A stretch of 63,797 nt of DNA, filler included, from Cercozoa sp. M6MM (Eukaryota; Protista; Endomyxa: Ascetosporea), in NCBI GenBank assembly GCA_040357565.1. It is 8 parts of 8 records of this genome, joined end to end, with 100 filler letters (N's around TTAATTAATTAA, not from the genome) between each part and the next. Parts side by side here need not be neighbours in the genome. Positions count along the whole stretch, not along the records: positions 52,960 to 58,913 come from JBDODJ010000823.1; positions 59,014 to 60,276 come from JBDODJ010002091.1; positions 60,377 to 63,797 come from JBDODJ010001467.1; 5 more parts are not named here. One strand, given 5' to 3'. Below are positions 53,000-63,797 of the stretch, piece after piece (position 1 is the stretch's first letter; each line of letters opens with the position of its first letter). The position numbers were made by a program, and so were the translations under genes. The notes below the pieces were generated by a model, which saw only the letters and a list, made by a program, of their open reading frames with translations, searched no databases and was not told the origin of the DNA.

Positions 53000-55900
53000 G
53001 GAAATCGTTGAGACCTTGGACTTCACGGACGAGCAACTGGACGTGCTGGTGTCGGCATTGCGGCGGCATCCGCGAGGACTCGAGGCGGCAGAGAACCTCA
53101 CCGCGGCCTTGGCGGATATGTCGGACCAAGTGGGCAAGAACACATGGCATGTTTACGGTCACAAGCTGCGCAGCTGTGCCACTGTGTGTCTGGCGGCGCT
53201 GTCCCACGCACTGTCCAGCAACTTGCGCAGTTCCTTGCTGTCGCTCGGTGCTGATATGGAGTGGCGAGGCGTCTCGCTGCACCGCACACCCGAGCAGGAG
53301 TTGGACGACGTCGTCCGACTGCAGGCCGACTGGCGAGAGGACCCGCATGGCATGCTGGATCGTGTGCACAGTGCCTCGGTCGCCTTCGGTGTACCGCAGG
53401 CGCTGTCGCTGCGTCATGCACTGCACTTCCTTGACCAGGACTTGGACCAGGTCCAGGACCAGCTGGACCAGGACCAGAACGACACAGACTGGACTGATGC
53501 CAGTACACTGCCGTCGGAGGTGGCCCCTGCCGTCGACATCGATGCCTCCGACGAGTTGCTGCTTCGCGTGGCGCAGATGCTGTCGACCGACACGGCCTTC
53601 TTTAAGTCGCTATCGTCCGAGCAGGCCGAACAGGAACTGGACGTACTGAGGACGGTGTCGACCAGCCTCCGACGCAGGGCACTGCAGCGCCGGGATCCTG
53701 CGCGCAGAGACTTCATGCCGCTCCTGACGGCCCTGTTCGCGGCCGACATGCGTCTCACTGCGCAGATGGTCGATTGTCTCACGGCACTGGACGATAGCGA
53801 GGCCGCCAGTGCCGCCGACAGCACGTCTGCCGACAGCGTGGCCACTTTACATTTCTGGACGCCACTGCTGCAGGACGCGCTGACGCAGCGAGGCGCGGCG
53901 GCGCTGCAGGTCTCACTGACGGAGACGACCCCGCTGGAGAGGCACGAGTTCGCGCCACCGGTCTTTGTGCAGCCGGTGCATCAGCTGGGCGCTCGTCACT
54001 TCCGTACGCTCGCCTGTCTCTCTTTGTCATCAAATGGCCGTGGGCTTCTTTTTTGTCTCTAATAAGAGGGATGTGTCTGTTCAGCCTTGGGAGCTGGCAT
54101 GCATTCCGACGTGGCCAAGCACCAACGCGAGCGCTCTCTCAATCTGACGGACCGCGACATTGCCGCTGCCAACGCACTGCAGCCGATGGGCACGACGCTG
54201 CTCGGTACCTCGTCGCACAACCACGCGCTCCTGCGACGTGCTGCCATCGATGCGATCCAAGCCATTGGAGACACTCCTGTTTCGGTAGTTGCAGCTGATG
54301 TTTGTGTTTTCATTTTCTTGGTGTCTGTTGGTTTGGGAGGTGCGTGTGTGCCTATCAGAAGCTGCCATTGCGAGAGCGACTCGCGCACTGCCAGGAGGTG
54401 ATTGAGCGCGTAGTTGCTTTGGTTCCTGAGGCGTTTGCTGGTTCCCTTCCTCTCCTATGTTCTCGTGCCGTCCATTTACCTATCTATTCAACTCTACATT
54501 TGCACCTATCCTTATGTGAAGGCGACTTCCAGCGCGAACTGTGGGAACGAGTCGGCTACGCTGTGCTGCACTCACCCGACAGCGAGAGTCACGTGAGCGA
54601 CGACGACATTCGGCAGTGGCTGCACGCCTTCGAGTCGGCACGCGGTGCCAACGGTGCCTTCCTCGTGCGTCCAGTCGCCGTGTGGCCCGTGGTGCCGCTG
54701 CTGCTGTCGCGTGTTCGTGCCGCCGAATCGGACGCGCGTGTGGTACACCAGGTCGCCAGGATGCTTGTCGAGCTGCACGAGTGGGCGCGCGAAGATCGCA
54801 GCTTTATGCCGTCGCGATGGTACTGTCCCCTCCCTTTACGCACTCACTGTCTGATATTATATTTGGTGTATGTATCGTATCTAGGTTGGACTCCGATTCG
54901 TTGGTGGTGGCACTCAAGACGCCTTCGCTGTGCGCTGCGATTTTGCACGACACAGATCTCCGCGCGCGCATGCTCCTTGTACCCCGCTCTTTCAAAAGTG
55001 TATGTGCTTGCTGTAGTACGGCCTCCTGTGGTGTTGTAGACCTTTGGTATCGACCCGGTCGAGCTCAAGGCAGCGTCCACTGCCGTCGCTCCTGACGTGG
55101 ACGTGTGTGCAATGTCGAGTGACGAGCTGCGCGACATGGACAACGCGACGCTCAACAAGCTACTGCTGCTGACGCTAGCATCAATGGAGAAGGCGTCGCC
55201 GCTCCGCGCGGAGGATTTTGCCGATATCGTCGCTGCCCAGGAGGAGGCTCCTGCCACGCCTGTTTTGAACCACAGTGGTGGTGACGACCTGCTGGTGGAC
55301 TTGTCGCACTTCTCGCGCGTCTGGCAGCAGCACGGCGATATCGCTGCGACCTCGCTACAGCTGACTTCAGTGCCTGCCGCGGTCGCCGATGTCGACACAG
55401 ATGTTGCTGATGTTGCTAACAACGAGCACGGTTTCGACGTCTACGACGCCTTGTCGTACGTGCGTGCTGACGGCGCTCTGCGCGCGGTGCCGACGGTGCC
55501 GACTGGTCTGAGGGACGCGCAGGCCGACGACGACTTGCGCAGCATGCTGTGGAGCAGGTCCGCCGACGAAACCTTCACCGGCAATGACGCCGCTGTCACC
55601 TCGCTCGTCGATGACTGGTACTGTGTCTGTCTGTATCTGTGTGTCTATATCTGTGTGTCTGTATCTGTGTGTCTGTATCTGTGTGTCTGTATCTGTGTGT
55701 CTATATCTGTGTGTCTGTGTCTGTGTGTCTATGTGTCTGTGTGTCTGTGCATGTATCTGTGTATCTGTGTGAGTAATCCATTCACTTTGCATAGGAGGGC
55801 AACTAAGGAGGGTCGCTGTGTTCCCTCTGATGTGGCCGATTACTTGGCCGCCAACACTGCCTTCACCGGTCGAACGGGAGGGTCCCTGTCCTTCTGCATT

Positions 55901-57275
55901 GTCAAAGCATCCGCTCGCAATGCGGAGACCTCGCTGGCACGCGACCTGGCCGGTGGTGGCCTCACGTGGCATGACTTTGCCGACGCCGAGCGTGCTGTGC
56001 CTGAGCTCGTGAGGCGCCTTCTCCGAAAGGACTCTGTGCAGGTACCTGAGTTGGGGACACCCTTTTTTTTTTTGTTTGTTGCATTCTTTGTTGTGTAGAC
56101 TGTGAAGGAGCTGCTGCGTCGCGTGTGGACGGATCTGCCTGCCACAGGCTACGGCAGTGCATTCGTCGAATCCATGTGCGCAGCCGTGCACGAGTCCGCG
56201 TGCGAGCAGGACACAGTGCGACTATTGTTGTGTGACGCCACGGCGGCACTGTGTGGATTTCCTGAGCTCGCATGTGCTGTGCCGGTCCCGCCTGCCTCCG
56301 ACAGCGTTTTCGACGACGGTGAGGAAGCTCATCTGCCTGACGTTCAGTCGCTATGCTACGAGCTGCACCAATACGCCGTGCAGCAGCAGCAACAGGAGCA
56401 GCAGTCGCCGATTCAGTGGCTGGACGCGTTGTCGCTGAGTGCTCGTGCGGATAGCAGTGACAGAAGTGATGCCGAACTCTTGGCGAGGTTACAACGGGTT
56501 CTGTCGTGCCCCGATCTGGCCGGTATGCCGCAACGGCAGTTGCATGCGTTGCTTGACGCCTCGCTTGCCGTGCTGCGCGCCTTGTCGTCGTCCTCTTGGC
56601 GAACCAGCGCTGGCCTCGGCACTGCGCGTGCCATCGCTCAGCTTGCCTCCAGCATCAATGTCAGCAACAGTGCGGGTGATGGCGTCCACAATGACTTTGA
56701 CGATTCCGAGGTTGACAGGATACGCGTTTCTTCCACCGAGTTGAGTCGGCTGTGCGGACTCGTGTCTCCAGTCGATGCGCTTCGTGTGTGCACCGTCGTG
56801 GAGTGTGCCGATACGGCGAGTCTACAGCTGGCCCTCCAGGCTGCACGCAGTGCGCTGCAGGATTTTGGTGAGCCCGAGAGTTTGCTTCACGCTATCGATG
56901 TCGTCAATCGCGCTGTTCAGCACATCCAGTCGAGCCAGCCTTCGGTATGCGTGACCTCTTAGTGCTCGGCTCTGTTGGAGACTTCTTTTATTTGTGTAGG
57001 ATGAGGTTGGTGACTTGTGCTTCGAGTTGAAGGAAGTGCTCGCATGTTTGATGACGTCTTGGTCGTCGCATCCAGTCGTGGTCTCCACGTTCAGCGAACT
57101 CCCGTGGGCTGACCTCGAGATGGCTGCTTCCGCTCACAAGCGTGACGGGACGGTCCGCTCGTCGAATAACATGGACGAGACGTCTTCTGTGGACAATCCC
57201 TGGCCGGCCAGTGAGCACTACTCTCCGTGGGCGATGCCCGTCGACAGCTCACACCGGTTGTTTGTACCTGAGTAG
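53000..57275 (+). CDS. Large alpha-helical (HEAT/ARM-like) hypothetical protein, 5' part missing
   Basis: Long A/L/D-rich exons (about 53000-54006, 55040-55617, 56099-56944) with coding-like codon usage; no family recognised. Confidence 0.6.
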
Positions 57276-57310
57276 TTCGTTCGGTTTACTGACTACATTA
57301 GTTATAAGAT

Positions 57311-57705
57311 TGTTGCTGCATCGCATGAGCTACTGTATCCGCGCGGAAGCCATTTTAATACTTACAAAGACTTTGACGGACGTGTGTTCGCTGGGAAACC
57401 TTGAGCAAGCTTTTTGCAGCTGGGCTCTCTCGACCAGCTGCAGACTACTCAATTCTGACGACGCCTTTCCGTCTCAAGAACCCTTTAACTGACTGTCCTT
57501 TCTACAGGAACAACATCTGGCGGGTGACTTCCCCGTCCACCAGTGCTTTGCCGCCCAACTGAACCGTTGGGGTAACTCACTTTTCCAAACTGACATTTGG
57601 CCACTCTACCTCCAAGAACAGACTTTCATATTAGTTTTTTGTATCACCGGCAAAGTACCCTCCATTTACCAAGCCTGATTCCTATATGAGAGGGCTGCGG
57701 TAAGA
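57311..57705 (-). mobile_element. Solo-LTR-like element, copy A
   Basis: Shares GCATGAGCTACTGTATCCGCGCGGAAGCCATTTTAATACTTA and about 260 bp of the other end with 60467-61171; degenerate termini TGTTgC...GGTAAgA. Confidence 0.8.
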
Positions 57706-57874
57706 TATAAGTCGCGTTTAACCGCGAATTGTGGACGATACTTAGTAGTGCGTACGGTATACCCCCTTGATTCCGCCGGTTTGTTTGCGTTCAGTTCGAG
57801 TTGACGTTACCGTATCAATTCAAACGGGCGGGCCCAGGCTGACTTGGACGAGTGGCACTGATCATCCTACGCGT

Positions 57875-58857
57875 CTACAGCTCGATATCACGCAGGTGTG
57901 CACGTTGCTCCTCGGTGAGCGAGGACGGGAACTCCACGCGAACATGCTACATGACAGCACAAGTTTCAGAAACCTACCCATGAGCGGGGAACGTACCAAG
58001 AACAGATCGCCTCTTTCACTCGGGACCTCGTGTTTCGGCATGCCTGGTCGAGCAAAATCAGTCAAGCAAAATCAGGCACACTGACGATGCGAAACATGGC
58101 CATACCTTCCCCGCGCACACGAATGACCTGTCCAGGACGCGTCACTTGGCGACCTGCCAAGACAGAGACAGTGCGGGACGTTAGAGACAAGCGACAAATC
58201 ACAGACAAAAGGCACGCTTGAAGGGCACACGGCGGCCATCCAGGTGCAGTAGCGTGGTCTCGAAACCAGTAAGTGCCTCCAGCAGTGAGACCTGTCCGCA
58301 GGATTTGGATGACACACACGTGTACACACACTCAGCATGATAATCTTACTGTGACGTTGGAGTGCAGATCATCGCCTTCTCTGCGGAAGCTGTCGTGAGG
58401 CAGCGTGCGCATCTTTGAAAATACAGCGCAGATACTTTGTTTTCAAACACAACACGCAAGAACGAGGCGAGGTACCTCGACAAGCACATGACCAGGCAAG
58501 ACATCGAGTTGAGTGTCGCCTTCGTATTCAAACTGCGCACAGGTGGATGCAGTTTCTTGATTCAAAACAAGACACAGGCAGAAATCAGCGCGGGGTAAAA
58601 TGGTACAGTAACAGTGTGGCCGTCCTCTTGTCCTCTCTCGACCTGTCTCCATACATCAGGTGAATCCACATAGAGAGGGAGGGAAGTAGTACCACAATAG
58701 ACAGGGTATCCTCTTCCGTGCCGCCTCTGCCCTTGCACTCGTCGCCTATCATCAAACGGGTTGCATTAATACAGATACAAACACATCCACCTTGAACGTA
58801 ACGGGTCGGCGTACAGTTCGGTTTGTTGATCTTGCCGTGTCCTCGACACTACTCAAA
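57875..58857 (-). CDS. Type I DnaJ/Hsp40 co-chaperone, 3' exons (possibly ER-luminal Scj1-like)
   Basis: ECRGHGK and ECKGRG zinc-finger repeats, FRREGDDLHS, VSLLEALTGFETTLLHLDGR, VTRPGQVIRVRGE|GMP..RGDL, VEFPSSLT; ends DIEL*. Confidence 0.88.
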
Positions 58858-58872
58858 AGCAACCAGGCGCAT

Positions 58873-58913
<41 letters not shown>

Positions 58914-59025
58914 NNNNNNNNNNNNNNNNNNNNNNNNNNNNNNNNNNNNNNNNNNNNTTAATTAATTAANNNNNNNNNNNNNNNNNNNNNNNNNNNNNNN
59001 NNNNNNNNNNNNNAAGTGTTTCTAC

Positions 59026-59646
59026 CATCGGCATTGGCGTTCTTTGGCAGCGCGAAGCGACGCATGAAGGAGCCACTCTGACGTTCGTAGCGACTCCATT
59101 TGCCACGTTCCTTGTCCTCGCCCTCACTGCGTTTTTCCTGAGCGTCACACACATGTTTCAATGTCCGCGCGGACCGTAGATTAATGTCGAACATACCGAC
59201 TTGCGAGAGCCGTCAATGACGAGAGCGTTGTCGCGCGTATCGATGCGCACCTTGAGGTCTTTGTCGCGCACGCCGGGCACGTCGGCACTCAGCGTGTAGT
59301 GCTGATCGTCCTCGGTGACGTCGCAGCGCGGCCAGACTGACATTTCCTTGCTCAAGCGGTTTCGCATACGCGACAGAGTGTCGCTGAAGACCTCATCGTC
59401 TCCCCCGAACCACGAGGAGAACATGCGAGAAGGCCACATCTGACAAGCAGAGTAAAAATACTGCCTGTGTGCGCTCACTGTTGAAAGCGCTGTACCAGCG
59501 GCTCACGGATGTAGTCGGACAGTTCGCGATGGAACGGAACGACTTCTTCTTCGCGCTGCTTGCGCTGACGTTGACGCTGATATACACGCATTGTATCAAC
59601 TGGTGCCTTGGAGGCAACTGAATGCACATGCTACCGGTTGACTCAT
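59026..59646 (-). CDS. Small heat-shock protein (HSP20/alpha-crystallin), 3' end lost at contig end
   Basis: WPRCDVTEDDQHYTLSADVPGV..DLKVRI...LVIDGSRK|...ERQSGSFMRRFALPKNA. Confidence 0.93.
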
Positions 59647-59993
59647 CTTTGCAAGTGACTTCAGTTGGATTGAATTCTGCTGCTCTGAGATGCGAGGTGT
59701 CTGCTCAAAGCACGCAAACACACCAAAGTGCGGCTGGGCCCTCTCTCGAGCCTCAGTAGGCAAAGGCTGGGGCACTTACATTCTTTTGCCCAATTAGAAG
59801 TTTCGCTCTAAAGCTACGGGGCGCGCGATTGAGGAGATTAAAGTGACCTCTGACGCCACAGGTTGGCGCCAATCACCAATCCAGGAAGTTCCCGCGCTTT
59901 CCTTTTGTGCTAGTCCGCCATTAGACTAGTGGAGTGCTCGATCAGTGTGTGGTTAGTGCGGGCACAGATTAGCACCAACCAGAAGTGACCAGA

Positions 59994-60276
59994 ATGGATG
60001 GCATCGTGAGGGTGGAGGTGCGGGTTTGCGAGCGTTCAGAACTGGTCGAAGTAAGTGAGGTGGACGTGTTTTTTGGTGCGTTTGTGCTTGTAAAAAGTCT
60101 CAACGAATCGGATGGTTTTTTCGCAGGTGTGTTACCGGAGGAAAACACGCGCGAGGAGCCGGAATTCGCGTTGTTTCTGCTGCCGTGCTGTGTGCCGGGT
60201 ACACAGTATCTGCAGCGGGTGGCTACAATGTCCCGGGACAATGACCATTTGGACATTGCATAGGCGAGTCGCAGAC
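59994..60276 (+). CDS. 5' exons of an unidentified gene divergent from HSP20
   Basis: ATG-initiated MDGIVRVEVRVCERSELVE followed by a GTAAGT donor and a CAG acceptor. Confidence 0.35.
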
Positions 60277-60377
60277 NNNNNNNNNNNNNNNNNNNNNNNN
60301 NNNNNNNNNNNNNNNNNNNNTTAATTAATTAANNNNNNNNNNNNNNNNNNNNNNNNNNNNNNNNNNNNNNNNNNNNT

Positions 60378-60461
60378 CGAAGTGATTTCCGCGCGCCTGT
60401 CCACCAGATTCTTGACGGCGACTTGCGCGAAATGCTGCGACACAATTTACTAGTTCTGTGA
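60378..60461 (+). CDS. C-terminal fragment of a gene, resembling an organellar peptide chain release factor
   Basis: RSDFRAPVHQILDGDLREMLRHNLLVL* resembles the xLDGDL C-terminal motif of class I release factors; only 27 codons visible. Confidence 0.4.
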   Translation, partial: RSDFRAPVHQILDGDLREMLRHNLLVL

Positions 60462-60466
60462 ATGGT

Positions 60467-61171
60467 TGTTACAGCATGAGCTACTGTATCCGCGCGGAAG
60501 CCATTTTAATACTTAAAAATAACCTTAAGAGAGGTGTGGAAGTTTTCACGTGTGTTCGAGAGCTCTCCACCCTCACTCTCCTCCTTTTTACCCCCCTCTA
60601 GCTCAAGAGACGGCACAGAAAAGTAACGCGTCGTCGTTGACGGAGCCTTCGCCGCCATCGACACGTTCGCCTACACGATCGGTATCTCTGGAGTGGGGAG
60701 GGTAAAGAGGGGGGGGGGGGGGGGTACGCCGAAGATTGACAAAAAACCAAAAGGGACAGCAGCTGGACTCACAGAAGGGGTCTCTGCCTTTCCAGAGGCC
60801 CTTCTTCTTTCCTCTTCTTATTTCACGCCAACTCACGAACTCCTTGCCTACGAAGATAAAAGAGGGGTAAAATTGGTGATTAAACAAGACACAGATCGCA
60901 CCAGTTAATTTACTTCTGAACCCTCACTACTCAGTTCTGACGACGCCTTTCCGTCTCAAGAACCCTTTAACTGACTGTTTTTTTCTACAGTAAAAACAAC
61001 TGAAGGGTGACTTTCCCATCCACCAGTGCTTTGCCGCCCAACTGACCGTTGGGGTAACCGAACTCACTCTTTCGCCACTCTCGCTCCAAAAAGACTTTAG
61101 TTTTTTGTATCACTGGCAAAGTACCCTCAATTTACCAATGCTAATCCCTATCTGAGAGGGCTGCGGTAACA
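60467..61171 (-). mobile_element. Solo-LTR-like element, copy B (longest, intact termini)
   Basis: Termini TGTTACAGCA...TGCGGTAACA (9/10 inverted repeat, TG...CA); ATTAAA near the 3' end on the minus strand; homologous to copies A and C. Confidence 0.82.
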
Positions 61172-61240
61172 TGATGCGATCCGATATCGATTAAATAGAT
61201 ACTGTAGCGTAGACGGGAGGGAATTCCCGGAGGCCGTGAC

Positions 61241-63770
61241 TTAGCTGGAGCAGTTTGCGTTCGCATCGAAATTGACGTGATAGTCAGCGAACACGTCATC
61301 GAAAGAGTACTTGGAGACGAACTTGCTCACAGCAAAGCCAGGCTACACCGGAAGGAGACAGTAAAAGAGCGGATACAATAGGGGAGGGTTGTAGGCATTG
61401 AAACGTACCTCCGAGCACGCTCGCTGCAGCTTGGCGGCGACGACGGCGTTGTGCACGGCGACACGACGCAACAAACGCAGGCGCGTCGCCGAAACAGGCG
61501 ATTCGTACATGGACATCATCACGGCACGCTCGGCTTCCTGTGCAGACACACTGGTGATTTAACCCCATACTTTGTCCGTGTATGGGGACAAACCAGAGAG
61601 GCGCCCTGATCGTCGGCCATTTTTTGCAGCAGGTTTGACGCTGTTCGGAACTTTTCCTGCACGGGGAGGGGGTAGAGGGTTAATGAGGGAAGGGGTACAA
61701 CTGAGCAATACCTGGGCAGTGGCCAAAGACCCGACAGCACGTGCGATCGGTTCATCGGTCGACGCGAGTGTCGGCGTGCTCATGTCGTCGTACTTGGCCG
61801 AGGCATCTATGAGGTGGGGGGGGGGGGGTAAAGGCTTGGGGTACGGGAGGGGGTAAAGATAGAAGGTACGCAGCAGTTGTCGGAACATGCCAAAGAAACG
61901 CACGAAGCCTTCTTCGTTGTTATTGGGTACATACGAGCGCAATTTGTTGTCTTCTGCATCAAACACAAAAGCCATGTTGACCCCGCATGCTTGGGTAGAC
62001 AGAAGAATACCCGAGAGCAGACTGAACCACGCAACGGCAGCGCACAGGTCCGAAGCACCCGATGCCAGATTCTCTGTCCAGGAGGTTAAAAGAGGGTGTA
62101 GAAAAGGCTAAAGGGGTAGAGGAAAAGAGTACGACAGATGTCCGAGTAGCACGCAATGCGCGACATGCGCGGAGTTGAGGCCGCTCGCAGCAGCTGCTCC
62201 TGCGTCTTGAGCACGTTGCGCGCCATCTCGCTCATCTTCTTTCGGTTCCTCTTGCTCCTATGCAATGAGTAAGAAGGTGAGGGGGGGGGGTACGAAGACG
62301 GTAAAGCTACGAATCAGCCGAACGCAACATGCGCGACACCAGCGGGAACAAGTCGTTCTCGGAGGCGCTCGGTGCTTCAAACACCTCGGGCACACTGAAA
62401 GCCAGCTGCGCCATGTACCACGCCTGGTCCATTGGCGACATCGGTGATGACAGCTGCACCTATTGGGGGGGAGGGCAGAAGGTAAAAGGAGTAGAGGCAA
62501 AGGGGTAGCGTCAAAGGGGTAGAGGCAGGGGTAGAGGCAAAGGGGTAGAGGCAGGGGTAGAGGCAAAGGGGTAAAGTGGAAGACAGTACGATCTGCCAGT
62601 TGGCGCAGATGTCACGCATGCCAACGAGGCCGCGCAGCAGCACAACAACCTTGTGCATCGAAGCAGCCGCGCGGATGGCCGGTCGTGCCTGAGCAGTAGC
62701 GTCGCGACTGCACTCCTTGACGACGCGTCCAACGTCGACATCGAAGGTGTGCGCCGCCTGCTGCAGCAGCGCGAACTCCTGGAACAAAGCCGCGCTGAAC
62801 TGTGCTCGTCTCGACGGCCGCATCAACTGGCTACGCACCTACCGGGAGAAGGATGAGGAGTAGAGGGTAGAGGCTGGGGTAGGAGAGAGGGGTAGACACA
62901 CCATGTTAGCAACAACGCTGCCAAAACGGTTGAGCAGTTGTGCACGCCAGGAGTGCATCACAACAGCACGCAGTGACGGACACAGTCGCACCAGCGATGC
63001 CCACAGCGACTGCTGCGTCATCAGCGGCGACGCCAGACTCGCGCTGCTCTGCACACACCGTTCAGTGGTACAAATGGACCATTCAACTGTCCAACTAGAC
63101 TGTCCAACTGGACAATCCAACTGGAACATCCAACTGGATTATCCAACTGGACCATCCAACTGGACTATCAAATTGGACTACCTTAAGAGGCCGACCCGGC
63201 GTGTGACACGGACCCAGCAGAATGCGCAGCACCTGGCCTCGCGCCGCGCCGTCAATGTGCTACCAGAGGGAGAGGGTAAAGGGGGTAGGGTGGGAGGGAG
63301 ACAGAACACCTCCATGTCAAAGACGCGCAGCATGCGCGCAGTGTCAGGATTCTCGTGCTGCGACTGGTGACAGTAGTTGACACACGGCGCCGTAAGTGAC
63401 ATCCGCGCGGACGCGAGGTCCAGTCGATCGTAGGCGGCCTTGATGTCGCTGATCTCCCACGTGGCCGGCGAATTGAGTAGCCACTCGAACAAGTCACTAC
63501 CTCGGTGCACCCACAACTGTGCACATGTGCAAGAATATATACATTACTATCAAACCTTGTTTTCAAGGCAGTAGGGAAGGCAGGAGGCAAGATAGTAGGC
63601 AAGGTAGTAGGCAAGGTAGTAGGCGAGGTAGTATACACGAGGTGAGAAACCGTACCTGCAGCTTGCGCATCGAGCAGGCCAGGAAGTCGGCGTGCAGTTT
63701 CAAAAAGTGGTACGCGCCGCCACGAGTGCGCAAATCGACGCGGCGCGGCGAGGCGACAAATCTGCGCATT
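61241..63770 (-). CDS. Hypothetical multi-exon protein, 5' part outside window
   Basis: Series of coding-like minus-strand exons separated by C-rich introns; KMADDQGASLVCPHTRTK weakly recalls the degenerate RING end of MAEA/Gid9, which is not enough for a call. Confidence 0.5.
63072..63179. repeat. Intronic 13-bp minisatellite (TCCAACTGGAnnn), about 8 units
   Basis: Units such as tccaactggacaa, tccaactggaaca, tccaactggatta, tccaactggacca, tccaactggacta. Confidence 0.9.
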
Positions 63771-63797
63771 TTATCTCTCGTTTACACCCCCCCCCCC

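Noticed and set aside
57875-59646. DnaJ next to HSP20 as a chaperone cluster
   Set aside because: The two genes lie on different contigs joined by a linker.
59797-59804. Heat-shock element upstream of HSP20
   Set aside because: Only one GAAnnTTC pair; too little to support a call.
63072-63179. CRISPR-like array of palindromic repeats with variable spacers
   Set aside because: Units are 13 bp with 3-nt variable parts, inside a eukaryotic intron, with no cas genes.

Overview
Draft assembly of a gene-dense, intron-rich unicellular eukaryote. The window concatenates eight contigs joined by artificial N-TTAATTAATTAA-N linkers (22503, 23703, 41989, 49024, 52904, 58958, 60321), so adjacency across a linker carries no meaning. 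The provided ORF track is mostly uninformative because genes are split by many short GT-AG introns full of simple repeats. Splicing by hand recovers about 25 genes or fragments in the standard genetic code: an MFSD1-like transporter, an RRM/RS protein, MOGS, ArfGAP-PH, NOP2, a 7TM-like protein, a TRF4-like nucleotidyltransferase, organellar GluRS, GAPDH, NAXE, histones H4 and H3, CCDC13, a polyQ protein, RBM22/Slt11, TECR, an SLC35E/TPT transporter, a carboxylic-acid-reductase-like A-T-R enzyme, WRAP73, DnaJ and HSP20. The most interesting signals are: (1) an intronless divergent H4/H3 pair with mirror-image upstream regions, where both 3' UTRs end in the same non-canonical stem-loop (GGTGTC-loop-GACACC-ACCAAA); (2) a CAR-like A-T-R enzyme with an in-frame N-terminal coiled coil and ZZ-type zinc finger; (3) three copies of a solo-LTR-like element (TGTTAC...GTAACA) and one LINE-like relic, each 5-43 bp after a stop codon between apparently convergent genes; (4) a candidate AACTGAA 3'-end signal; (5) twelve CACGTG boxes in a 1.3-kb stretch with no recognisable gene. 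All gene models are manual, homologies are recalled from memory rather than from searches, and exon boundaries need RNA-seq confirmation.
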